NCBI GenBank assembly: GCA_964647565.1
Contig: CAZYIM010000011.1
Location: 1 to 64,000 of the forward strand
Reading direction: 5' to 3'
Source: an uncultured Methanosarcinales archaeon
GTDB lineage: Archaea; Nanobdellota; Nanobdellia; Woesearchaeales; CAZYIM01
Length of the DNA stretch: 64,000 nt
A model generated the notes under the pieces. That model was not told where the DNA came from, made no database searches, and saw only the letters and a list, made by a program, of their open reading frames with translations. Positions 20,183-29,084 of the stretch are shown piece by piece. A program made the position numbers and the translations under genes. Every line of letters starts with the position of its first letter. Within the stretch, counting starts at the first letter, position 1.

Positions 20183-20276
20183 TTTGATTATATCGGTATA
20201 ATCAAGTTTAAATATTTTTCGCATATTTTTCCGGAAGATTTATAAACATACACAAAGTATACACTAAATGTACACA

Positions 20277-20540
20277 ATGAAATCAATCAATCTAAAGCTC
20301 GAACAAGGACTTCTAAAGAGAATCGACCAAACCATCAAGCAACAAAGCTACGCAACAAGAACAGAGTTCATAAGGGAAGCCATAAGGAACAAGCTGACAG
20401 AAGAAGAGAAACAAGAAGCCATGAGAAGGATTACTGCCATGAGAGGTGTCTTCAAAGGCAAGCTAAAGAAAGTTGACTATGAAAAGGTTAGAAATGAAGT
20501 TGCGAGAAAAGCTGCAGCTAAATTTGGATTAGAGCTATAA
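20277..20540 (+). CDS. CopG/NikR-type ribbon-helix-helix protein
   Basis: KSINLKL...RID......Y.TRTEFIREAIR pattern. Confidence 0.8.
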   Translation: MKSINLKLEQGLLKRIDQTIKQQSYATRTEFIREAIRNKLTEEEKQEAMRRITAMRGVFKGKLKKVDYEKVRNEVARKAAAKFGLEL

Positions 20541-20945
20541 AAGATCCTCTGGTTTGAATATTTGCACAGGCATATCCATCTGCATAAAATGTTTATCTCT
20601 TGTAATCCAAACAGCCCCCATTCTTTTTGCAAGTGCTAGATGAAGAGCGTCACCACCATAAAGCCTGTACCTTTTCTTATAATTTTGTGCATTTCTAATA
20701 TCTTCCTTATTAAATTGAATAAACACTCTTGTTTTTTTAGGAACTAATTGAGCAAGTTCAGAAAGTCGATTATCAGATAAATGTTTTTTAAGTTCATCAA
20801 AAAGAATATCTGTCAGCATAAAATAATCGTCCGAATCCAAGATTTGATTTATCAGCCTGCAAGCCCACTCACCCAAAGGCCTAAACTTATCTCTACGATC
20901 CTCCAAGTAATCAATCCAGATGCAGGCATCAAGGTAATATAACAT
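20535..20945 (-). CDS. PIN-domain (VapC-like) protein
   Basis: YYLDACIW, DALHLALA and ITRDKHF motifs. Confidence 0.85.
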   Translation of the reverse strand: MLYYLDACIWIDYLEDRRDKFRPLGEWACRLINQILDSDDYFMLTDILFDELKKHLSDNRLSELAQLVPKKTRVFIQFNKEDIRNAQNYKKRYRLYGGDALHLALAKRMGAVWITRDKHFMQMDMPVQIFKPEDLL

Positions 20946-21054
20946 ATCCTATACTAAAAATCAAACCTTAATTAAATCTGACAACAATTTTTCGGAATCT
21001 CTCCGCAAACTTTATATACTCCCAGTTTTATTCACAAACAGGGGTGGAGTCAGA

Positions 21055-21516
21055 ATCATTGACAGAGTTATAATAAAGCAAATAGCTGCCCATGCTGATG
21101 AAAGAGGCTGGCTCAAGGAGATATACAGGAAAGACCAAGACTCTTATCAAGCAGCCATGAGCTATGTTTCTCACACCAAGGCTAATATAGTAAGAGGCCC
21201 CCACGAACATAAATACCAGACAGACTTCTTTATCTTTATAGGACCAGGAGATTTTGAACTATACCTATGGGACAATAGGGAAGTATCAAAAACATATGGA
21301 AAACATATAAAAATGGTGGTTGGAGAATCCAACATGGTATCTGTCAGAGTGCCTCCAGGTGTTGTGCATGGCTATAAATCAATTTCCAAAGAAGGAAGCA
21401 TAAGCATCAATCTTCCAGACAAGCTATACAGGGGAGAGAACAAGACAGAGGAAGTGGACGAGATACGGCATGAAACAGATCCTAATTCAAAATTTAAAAT
21501 CGAGGTAAAAAAATGA
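21055..21516 (+). CDS. rmlC: dTDP-4-dehydrorhamnose 3,5-epimerase (RmlC-like cupin)
   Basis: DERGW..E motif lies upstream of ATG 21157; RGPHEH, DNR..S.TYG and VPPGVVHGY motifs. Start inferred at ATC 21055. Confidence 0.85.
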   Translation: MIDRVIIKQIAAHADERGWLKEIYRKDQDSYQAAMSYVSHTKANIVRGPHEHKYQTDFFIFIGPGDFELYLWDNREVSKTYGKHIKMVVGESNMVSVRVPPGVVHGYKSISKEGSISINLPDKLYRGENKTEEVDEIRHETDPNSKFKIEVKK

Positions 21517-22520
21517 AACTATTAGTGACAGGAGGCGCAGGCTTCATCGGCTGCAACTTCATAAGGACCATATTGAACAAATATCAGGATTACAAGATTG
21601 TAAACCTGGACAAACTGACCTATGCAGGCAACCCAGAAAACTTAAAAGACCTGGAAAAAGACCCAAGATACAAATTCATACACGGCGATATCTGCAACCA
21701 GGAGATAGTCGACAAAGCAGCAGAAGACGTTGACATGATTGTCAACTTCGCAGCAGAGACACATGTGGACAGGTCTATAGGAGAGCCTGATGCCTTTATC
21801 AAGACAGACATCCTGGGAACACACATTTTGTTAGAGAAGGCCAAGGAAAAAGACATCAAGTTCATACAGATATCAACTGATGAGGTCTATGGCAGCATCG
21901 AAGAGGGCGGCTTTAAGGAGACTGACCAATTAAAACCATCCAGCCCATACTCTGCATCCAAATCAGGAGGAGAACTATTGGCATATTCCTATTTCAAGAC
22001 CTACGGAACTAAGGTCGTAATAACCCGGAGCAGCAATAACTTTGGACCATACCAATATCCTGAAAAACTGATCCCTCTTTTTATCAGCAACTTAATGGAA
22101 GGCAAGCAGGTGCCGGTCTATGGCAACGGCATGCAAGTAAGGGATTGGATATATGTAGTTGATAACTGCGAAGGCGTGGACCTGGTCATGCACAAGGGAA
22201 AACTTGGAGAGGCATATAATATCGGCGGAGGCAATGAAAAGACCAATATGTTCATCACCAAGAAACTGATCGAACTCCTGGGCAAAGATGAATCATCAAT
22301 CCAATATGTCAAGGACAGGCCTGGCCATGATATAAGATACGCACTGGACTGCAAGAAAGTAGCTGAACTCGGATGGAAACCCAGGTTTGATTTTGAAGAA
22401 GCCCTGCAGCTGACTGTAGACTGGTATAAAAAAAACCAAGCATGGTGGAAAAAGATCAAATCAGGAGAATTCCTGGATTACTATAAAAAGATCTATAAGG
22501 AAAGACATGAGATGAAATGA
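21513..22520 (+). CDS. rmlB: dTDP-glucose 4,6-dehydratase
   Basis: DKLTYAGN, AAETHVDRSI, STDEVYG, PYSASK and DRPGHD.RY motifs. Confidence 0.95.
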   Translation: MKLLVTGGAGFIGCNFIRTILNKYQDYKIVNLDKLTYAGNPENLKDLEKDPRYKFIHGDICNQEIVDKAAEDVDMIVNFAAETHVDRSIGEPDAFIKTDILGTHILLEKAKEKDIKFIQISTDEVYGSIEEGGFKETDQLKPSSPYSASKSGGELLAYSYFKTYGTKVVITRSSNNFGPYQYPEKLIPLFISNLMEGKQVPVYGNGMQVRDWIYVVDNCEGVDLVMHKGKLGEAYNIGGGNEKTNMFITKKLIELLGKDESSIQYVKDRPGHDIRYALDCKKVAELGWKPRFDFEEALQLTVDWYKKNQAWWKKIKSGEFLDYYKKIYKERHEMK

Positions 22521-23329
22521 AAGTACTGATTCTAGGTTCAAAGGGTATGCTGGGCTCTGAACTAATGGAAACTTTCCCAGACTCAATTGGCTGGGACATT
22601 GATGAGATAGACATCACAGACAGATACCAGGTGATTGAGAAGATCTTTCTCTTAAAACCAGAGCTGATTATCAACGCTGCAGCATATACAAATGTGGACG
22701 GTGCAGAAAGCCATCTTGAGACTGCCATGGCTGTCAATGCAGAAGCTGTCGGCTACTTGGCAGAGGCAGCCAACAAATGCGATGCAAGTATAGTGCACAT
22801 AAGCACAGACTATGTATTTGACGGAGAAAAGAAACAGGGCTATAACGAAAAGGAAGAGCCCAATCCAATAAGTGCATACGGAAGATCAAAGGCAGAAGGA
22901 GAGAAACTATTGATGCAGACCACGAAGAAATATTACCTTGTAAGGACTGCCTGGATGTACGGCAAGCACGGCAATAACTTTGTTAAGACCATGCTAAGAC
23001 TGGCAAAGGAACAAGATGAACTGAAGATAGTTGATGATCAGATCGGATGCCCGACCTATGCCAAGGACCTAGTCAATGCAATCAAAGAGTTAATTGAACA
23101 ACCACATGGAATCTATCACATTACCAATGACGGACAGTGCAGCTGGTATGGGTTAACAATAGAAATCATGAAACTAAAGAGAATGAAAATAAATCTGGTC
23201 CCCATCACAACAGACCAGTATCCATTGCCTGCCAAGAGACCCAAATATTCGATCCTGATCAATACAAAAACAAAAAAACTAAGACACTGGAAAAAAGCTC
23301 TTAAGGAGTACTTAGAGGAGGTTGAATGA
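22517..23329 (+). CDS. rmlD: dTDP-4-dehydrorhamnose reductase
   Basis: GSKGMLG, NAAAYTNVD, STDYVFDG, YGRSK and DQIGCPT motifs. Confidence 0.93.
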   Translation: MKVLILGSKGMLGSELMETFPDSIGWDIDEIDITDRYQVIEKIFLLKPELIINAAAYTNVDGAESHLETAMAVNAEAVGYLAEAANKCDASIVHISTDYVFDGEKKQGYNEKEEPNPISAYGRSKAEGEKLLMQTTKKYYLVRTAWMYGKHGNNFVKTMLRLAKEQDELKIVDDQIGCPTYAKDLVNAIKELIEQPHGIYHITNDGQCSWYGLTIEIMKLKRMKINLVPITTDQYPLPAKRPKYSILINTKTKKLRHWKKALKEYLEEVE

Positions 23330-24033
23330 AAATGAAAGGAATTATTTTAGCAGGAGGCACAGGCTCAAGGATGTTGCCTTTGACCAAGGTAACCAACAAA
23401 CACCTATTGCCAGTCTGGAAAAAACCTATGATCTACTACCCTATCGAGACCCTGATCAGCGCAGGCATAAAAGATATACTTATCATAAGCGGACCTGAAC
23501 ACGCAGGCCACTTCCTAAGACTCCTGGGCTCGGGAAAAGATTTCGGAGTAAGGTTCACCTATGAAATCCAGGAAGAAGCGGGAGGCATTGCACAGGCATT
23601 GGGATTAGCTGAGGACTTTGCAGACGACTCGCATGTAGCTGTAATCCTTGGAGACAACATCTATGAGGACAAACTTGACATCAAGGATTTCAAAGGCGGC
23701 GGCATGATATTTCTAAAAGAAGTGCCAGATCCGCAAAGATTCGGAGTTCCTGAACTGGATGGCAAGAAAGTCATTGATATCAAGGAAAAGCCAGAAGATC
23801 CCAAATCCAACTACGCTGTCACAGGCCTCTATATCTATGACAACGATGTCTTCAAAGTGGTCAAGACTCTCAAACCCTCAGCAAGAGGAGAGCTGGAAAT
23901 CACAGACGTCAACAACCACTATGTCAAGAAAGGCACCATGACAGCCAAATTCCTCAAGGGCTTCTGGTCAGACGCAGGCACATTTGAATCATTGCACAGA
24001 GCAACCAACCTGGTTAAAGAAAAAGAGAAATAA
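23326..24033 (+). CDS. rmlA: Glucose-1-phosphate thymidylyltransferase (short form)
   Basis: GIILAGGTGSR, KPMIYYP, LGDN, EKP and SARGELEITD motifs. Confidence 0.92.
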   Translation: MKMKGIILAGGTGSRMLPLTKVTNKHLLPVWKKPMIYYPIETLISAGIKDILIISGPEHAGHFLRLLGSGKDFGVRFTYEIQEEAGGIAQALGLAEDFADDSHVAVILGDNIYEDKLDIKDFKGGGMIFLKEVPDPQRFGVPELDGKKVIDIKEKPEDPKSNYAVTGLYIYDNDVFKVVKTLKPSARGELEITDVNNHYVKKGTMTAKFLKGFWSDAGTFESLHRATNLVKEKEK

Positions 24034-24036
24034 TTA

Positions 24037-24774
24037 TTATTTTTTCCTGGCAACATCCCATAAAAGGTTGAATTGTTTTCTATAGGTTTTTGCAAGTATT
24101 GCACTCTCAATCAATAAACCATAAAGAGGTTCTGTAAACAACACAATTGCAACCTTGTTTCCATAAATAAAAGTTGAAGTGGGATCAAAGAATTCCTTAG
24201 ATAAAAACTTGTACTGAGTTGTTTTTTTATATGCAGGCAAATAATTATCCCCTTCCCTAACCAACACTCTTTCTTTAAGTTTGTTTCTTTTCAGTTGATT
24301 AAAGAATTGCTTCATGACAATAGGATCCGCATCCATGAACTTCTTTTCATCAACCCCGATGACCAGGCTTTCACCACCTGTATCAAGAAGCGTTCTCAAA
24401 ACATCCTTTTGAATAACCCGAACCACTTTTCTACCAGAATAGAGCTGAACCCTGGTTGCTTCTTTAGGGATAGAAACAAACTCCTGCAATTTAGGCAACA
24501 CGCCATTCAGCTCTTCTAACTTCTCTTTCTCCAGCTCAACAAGCTGTTCTGGATTTACCGCCTCAAAATATCTCTTATTCTCTCTGACGTAAAAAGAGAC
24601 AAGACCCTTTTCCTGTAGCCTTTCTAAAGTATCATAAACATAAGGCCTGTATAAACCAGATCTTTCTGCAATGTGTGCAACAATAGACGATCCCAGCTTA
24701 AGCAACGTAATATAGACCTGAATCTCGTTTTCAGTCATCCCAACCTGTTTCAATGTTTGTTTGATGTCTTTCAC
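24037..24774 (-). CDS. TrmB-family transcriptional regulator
   Basis: GMTENE..VY..LL..G and R..VYDTLERL..KGLV wHTH; C-terminal FNLLW. Confidence 0.85.
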   Translation of the reverse strand: MKDIKQTLKQVGMTENEIQVYITLLKLGSSIVAHIAERSGLYRPYVYDTLERLQEKGLVSFYVRENKRYFEAVNPEQLVELEKEKLEELNGVLPKLQEFVSIPKEATRVQLYSGRKVVRVIQKDVLRTLLDTGGESLVIGVDEKKFMDADPIVMKQFFNQLKRNKLKERVLVREGDNYLPAYKKTTQYKFLSKEFFDPTSTFIYGNKVAIVLFTEPLYGLLIESAILAKTYRKQFNLLWDVARKK

Positions 24775-24816
24775 AAATCATGATAAGACGTTCAAATTTA
24801 AATGTTTTTTGAAAGT

Positions 24817-24835
24817 TGTCGTAAATTATACGACA
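24817..24835. promoter_or_regulatory. Putative TrmB operator palindrome
   Basis: TGTCGTA-N5-TACGACA between divergent TATA-like boxes. Confidence 0.55.
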
Positions 24836-24871
24836 TAGGCTTAAATATCCATTTAATTCTCCCAGAATACA

Positions 24872-25837
24872 ATGAAACGAAACCAAACGATTGCATTGTT
24901 AGCAATAATCGTGACAATCATTATCGCAAGCCTAGCATTAACAATCAATCGTGAAAAACCAATAACCATAATCCATCAGACCTGGATCGGGGATGGCTTA
25001 ATACATTTGGCTAAAGAAAAAGGATACTTCGGTAATCTAAACATCAATATTCAAAGAGTTGAAGGTGCAGCAGAAAGAAGAGCCCTGCTTGCAGCAGGTA
25101 AAGCAGATATTTCCCTTGAAACAATAGATATGAGTATCGTTGATGTGGGGATTGGCACTCCAGAAGTCATGATCCTAATGCTGGATGAATCCATAGGTGC
25201 AGATGGGATAATCGCCACAAAAGAAATCCAAGATATTGAAGATCTAAAAGGGAAGAAAATCGGATGCTCAATTGGTGATCCGCCGTATTTCCTTTTAAGG
25301 ATCCTGATGCAAAGACATAACATTAGCAAAGATGACGTGAGCATCCTTGACATCCAGGCAGAAGAAGCAGGCGCAGCATTTGTTATTGGAAATATTGACG
25401 CTGCATGCACCTGGGAACCATGGCTATCAAAAGCTAATGCGCGGAAAGGAGGTCATATTCTTGTTTCTAGCGCAGATACACCAGGAACTATTGTGGATGT
25501 CATGGTTGTTAGGCCTAAAATCTTAAAGAAAAGAAGATCTGAAGTCAAAATCATAATCAAAGCCTGGCTTGATGCATATGAGTACTACAAATCCAATCCT
25601 AAAGAATCCAATAAAATAATGGGCAAGGCATTTGATCTAACAGCAGAAGAATTTGAAGAGTACACTCAAGGCATTAAATGGAATGATCTGGATGAGAACC
25701 AAAAATTCTTTGATAAGAAAATATTCAACTTGACTGATCAAATCAATGAGATTGCATACAGAGATGGAATGATCCCAAAAAAAATCGATATAAATGGAAT
25801 GATAGATACAAGTCTAATTCAGGAAATTGGTGGTTGA
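24872..25837 (+). CDS. ABC transporter substrate-binding protein (SsuA/NMT1-like)
   Basis: N-terminal membrane anchor; AKEKGYF, DES.GADGI, DLKGKKI and WEPW motifs. Confidence 0.88.
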   Translation: MKRNQTIALLAIIVTIIIASLALTINREKPITIIHQTWIGDGLIHLAKEKGYFGNLNINIQRVEGAAERRALLAAGKADISLETIDMSIVDVGIGTPEVMILMLDESIGADGIIATKEIQDIEDLKGKKIGCSIGDPPYFLLRILMQRHNISKDDVSILDIQAEEAGAAFVIGNIDAACTWEPWLSKANARKGGHILVSSADTPGTIVDVMVVRPKILKKRRSEVKIIIKAWLDAYEYYKSNPKESNKIMGKAFDLTAEEFEEYTQGIKWNDLDENQKFFDKKIFNLTDQINEIAYRDGMIPKKIDINGMIDTSLIQEIGG

Positions 25838-26597
25838 AATTGCAATTAATAAAACATTTTTACCAGGAATCCTTATTATCCTAGTTATTTGGACGCTCTT
25901 TTCTCTGACCAATGTAAACAGCCTTTTCATCCCAAGCCCTCAATCGACTATAAAAGAGCTTTTTATCTTATTCAGCCAGAAAAACATCATAATAGACATT
26001 ATTATCACAGTCTCAAGAGTATTGGTAGGATTTTTCTGCGCAATGATAATAGGTATTCCTTTAGGATTAATCTTAGGCAATTTCATAAAGCTGGAAAAAA
26101 TCACAGAACCCATTGTAAGCCTGTTCAGGTACACGCCTACCTCTGCGTTAGTACCTCTAACTATCCTCTGGTTTGGAATCGGTAACATTCAAAAATATTT
26201 CATAGTCTTTTTTGGCACGTTCCCATTCATTGTGTTGTATGTGACCAATGCTGTTGCTTCAATAGAAAAAAGACTGTATCACAGTGCAAAAGCCCTCGGA
26301 GCCAATAAAAAAACCATCATAACAAAAGTATGCTTGCCAAAAACTCTGCCTGATATCTATGAAATCTGCCGGATAGAGTTAGGAGGCGCCTGGGCTTTAA
26401 TTATATTAGCAGAGATAGTGGCCTCAACCACAGGTCTAGGATACAGACTCATCCTTGCCCAAAGATTTCTTCAAACATCAGTCCTGTTTGCTGAGTTGAT
26501 CATAATCATTGCCATCGGCTATATGTTTGACCTGTTTCTAAGAAAGGGATATAAGCATTTTTTCCCATGGACTGAAAAAAACCAGGATAAAAAATGA
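25827..26597 (+). CDS. ABC transporter permease (SsuC/TauC-like)
   Basis: IPSP, P..ALVPL.ILWFG, A.ALGA (EAA loop) and AE...GLG motifs; start uncertain. Confidence 0.88.
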   Translation: MVVEIAINKTFLPGILIILVIWTLFSLTNVNSLFIPSPQSTIKELFILFSQKNIIIDIIITVSRVLVGFFCAMIIGIPLGLILGNFIKLEKITEPIVSLFRYTPTSALVPLTILWFGIGNIQKYFIVFFGTFPFIVLYVTNAVASIEKRLYHSAKALGANKKTIITKVCLPKTLPDIYEICRIELGGAWALIILAEIVASTTGLGYRLILAQRFLQTSVLFAELIIIIAIGYMFDLFLRKGYKHFFPWTEKNQDKK

Positions 26598-27346
26598 AAA
26601 GACTGTCTATCCGAAAGCTAACCAAGCAATTCGAGAATGGAAATAATACTCTTACCATCAATAATCTCAGTCTTGAAGTTTTTGATAACGAAATCACTGT
26701 CATAGTAGGACCAAGCGGCTGCGGCAAGACTACTCTGATCAACTTGGTCGCAGGATTCATTCAACCTACCCAAGGCGCAGTCATTCTAAACAACCAGAAG
26801 AAGGAACCACAAGCAGGCGAGATTGGAGTACTTTTCCAGGAACCACAGCTATTCTCCTGGTTAACTGTTGAAAAAAACATCCAATTCGGACCAAAGATAA
26901 AATCGAGATCGATCAATATAGACGAACTTTTATCTTTAGTAAAGCTAGAAGGATTTGAAAACCATTATCCCAGCATGCTGTCCAGAGGTATGCAACAAAG
27001 AGTAGCTCTGGCAAGAGCTCTTGTAATCAAGCCAAAATTTCTGCTCATGGATGAACCATTTTCCTCACTGGATATCTTAACCAAACAAAAGATGCAAGAA
27101 TTAATCCTGAAGATCCACAAGGAAACCAAAATTCCAATAGTATTTATCACACATGACATAGAAGAAGCATTATTTCTCGCCCATAAAATATGGATAATGA
27201 CCAAGAGCCCTGGAAGAATCAAGGCTATGTTAAGCAATCCCCTGTCTAAAAACAGATTTCATGATATAAAATACACAGAAGAGTTTATCAGTTTGAAAAG
27301 GAAGATAGAACAAATGATGAAGGAGGAAGTACAAGATGATAATTAA
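26594..27346 (+). CDS. ABC transporter ATP-binding protein (SsuB/TauB-like)
   Basis: GPSGCGKT, LSRGMQQR, LLMDEPF and THD motifs. Confidence 0.92.
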   Translation: MKRLSIRKLTKQFENGNNTLTINNLSLEVFDNEITVIVGPSGCGKTTLINLVAGFIQPTQGAVILNNQKKEPQAGEIGVLFQEPQLFSWLTVEKNIQFGPKIKSRSINIDELLSLVKLEGFENHYPSMLSRGMQQRVALARALVIKPKFLLMDEPFSSLDILTKQKMQELILKIHKETKIPIVFITHDIEEALFLAHKIWIMTKSPGRIKAMLSNPLSKNRFHDIKYTEEFISLKRKIEQMMKEEVQDDN

Positions 27347-28571
27347 GAATGGAATAATGCTAACCATGAATAAAAAAAATAGAATTCTGAAAGATCATTC
27401 AATAATCATAAAGGATAACAGGATTGAAAAGATTGTAAAAACATCAGAACTTAAACAAAAAGATGTGACAATTGATGCCAAAGACCATATTGTCATGCCC
27501 GGATTTATCAGCACACACACCCATTCTGCACACACCATCTTTCGAGGTGGACCTGAAGAAGGAAAAGATCTTTACCAATGGCTTGAACAGGTGATATTTC
27601 CCGGATTGAAAAGGACATCAAGAAAACAAATCTACAATTCTGTAAGACTTTGGCATAGAGAAGCAATCCGGGCAGGCATCACTAGTTTACTGGACAGCTC
27701 AGACTATGGTTCATTAAAAAGAATCCACCAACCGACCTTAAAAGCTCATGAAGAATCAGGGATGCGAGTAATATATGGACTGTATTTCTTTGACAAGAAT
27801 CCATTTAGCCTCGACATCCCATTGGAAAAGACTAAAAGTATAATACAAAAAATTGAATCTCTGATAAAAAAATATCAGAAGCACAAGCGGATCACCATCT
27901 GCCCTTCTCCAGGCGAACCACAATTAGTGACCAAGCAAGGATTGATTAGATCATTGAAACTCGCGAAAAAATATGATGTTCCTATTACATTGCATGTTTC
28001 AGAGACAAAAAAAGATTCAAAAATAGACAACATGTCAACAATAGAGTATCTAGAAAAAATCGGGTTCCTCAATAAAAGAGTCTTACTAGCACACTGTGTC
28101 TGGATAAATGACAAAGAAATAGAGCTGATAAGAAAAAGTAAAGTTAAAGTTGCACATAATCCAACTGCCAATGGATTCCTTGCAGATGGTTTAATGCCCT
28201 TAAGCAAACTCAAAAACATCACAGTGGGCATTGGAATGGATGATGCTAACTGCAACAGCAATGTAAACATGCTGAGCAACCTAAAGTTTATGTGTTTGAT
28301 ACAGAAAAGTAAAGAGTTGGACTCAAAGGCAATAACCGCCAAACAGGCTCTTAGAATGGCAACTATCGAAGCTGCAAAGGCCATTGGAATGGAAAAAGAG
28401 ATAGGATCAATAGAAGAAGGAAAAAAAGCAGACATCATCATAATAGAACTCACTAACCCACAGCAAAAACCCCTGAGAGATCCATACTTTGGCCTAGTAT
28501 ACCAATGCTACGGTAATGAGATAAGCCACTCGATCATCAATGGAAAATTGATCTGGAAGAAGAACGGATAG
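27336..28571 (+). CDS. Metal-dependent amidohydrolase (MTA/SAH deaminase, TRZ/ATZ-like)
   Basis: MPGFISTHTH, LHVSE, AHCVW, HNP, GMD and GSIEEGKKAD motifs. Confidence 0.88.
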   Translation: MIIKNGIMLTMNKKNRILKDHSIIIKDNRIEKIVKTSELKQKDVTIDAKDHIVMPGFISTHTHSAHTIFRGGPEEGKDLYQWLEQVIFPGLKRTSRKQIYNSVRLWHREAIRAGITSLLDSSDYGSLKRIHQPTLKAHEESGMRVIYGLYFFDKNPFSLDIPLEKTKSIIQKIESLIKKYQKHKRITICPSPGEPQLVTKQGLIRSLKLAKKYDVPITLHVSETKKDSKIDNMSTIEYLEKIGFLNKRVLLAHCVWINDKEIELIRKSKVKVAHNPTANGFLADGLMPLSKLKNITVGIGMDDANCNSNVNMLSNLKFMCLIQKSKELDSKAITAKQALRMATIEAAKAIGMEKEIGSIEEGKKADIIIIELTNPQQKPLRDPYFGLVYQCYGNEISHSIINGKLIWKKNG

Positions 28572-28607
28572 CAAAAACTTTAAATTCTCAACTCTCTTAA
28601 AACCAGT

Positions 28608-28913
28608 ATGAACCTGCTCTTTGTATGCAATCAAAACCAAAACAGAAGCAAGACTGCAGAATTCTTGTTTCAGGGAAGATTCGATACTAAATCTGCAGGC
28701 TTATATAATGTCAACCCTTTGACAGAAAGACAACTGGAATGGGCTGACATGGTTCTTGTCATGGAAGATGAACACAGAACAGAGATATCAAAGAGATTTC
28801 CTGAACAATACCTGAAAAAAAAGATCCTATCCCTGAACATCCCTGATGTTTATTATACTGACCAACCAGAACTGATCAAGATCTTACATTCTAAGATAAA
28901 AGAACTACTCTGA
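28608..28913 (+). CDS. Low-molecular-weight phosphotyrosine phosphatase-like protein
   Basis: FVCNQNQNRS (CX5R), SAG, WAD and IPD motifs. Confidence 0.85.
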   Translation: MNLLFVCNQNQNRSKTAEFLFQGRFDTKSAGLYNVNPLTERQLEWADMVLVMEDEHRTEISKRFPEQYLKKKILSLNIPDVYYTDQPELIKILHSKIKELL

Positions 28914-28917
28914 TTTA

Positions 28918-29007
28918 AAAAATAGCAACAACGGCGCAAACAAAATGTCTCATTTTGAGGTTTTTCATAGAAAAACCGTTTTGCCTGCCGTAGTTGTTGA
29001 TATTTTT
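28918..29007. repeat. Structured intergenic element C (short member of the fold-back family)
   Basis: AAATAGCAACA...TGTTGATATTT ends; ACGGC/GCCGT stem; CAAAATG-TCT-CATTTTG and GGTTTTTC-ATA-GAAAAACC hairpins. Confidence 0.6.
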
Positions 29008-29084
29008 ATCATGTTTTTGTTCATTTTCTCGACGCGTCACCTCCAAGCAAAAACCTTATAAACATCATTATCATCCAATCTAAC

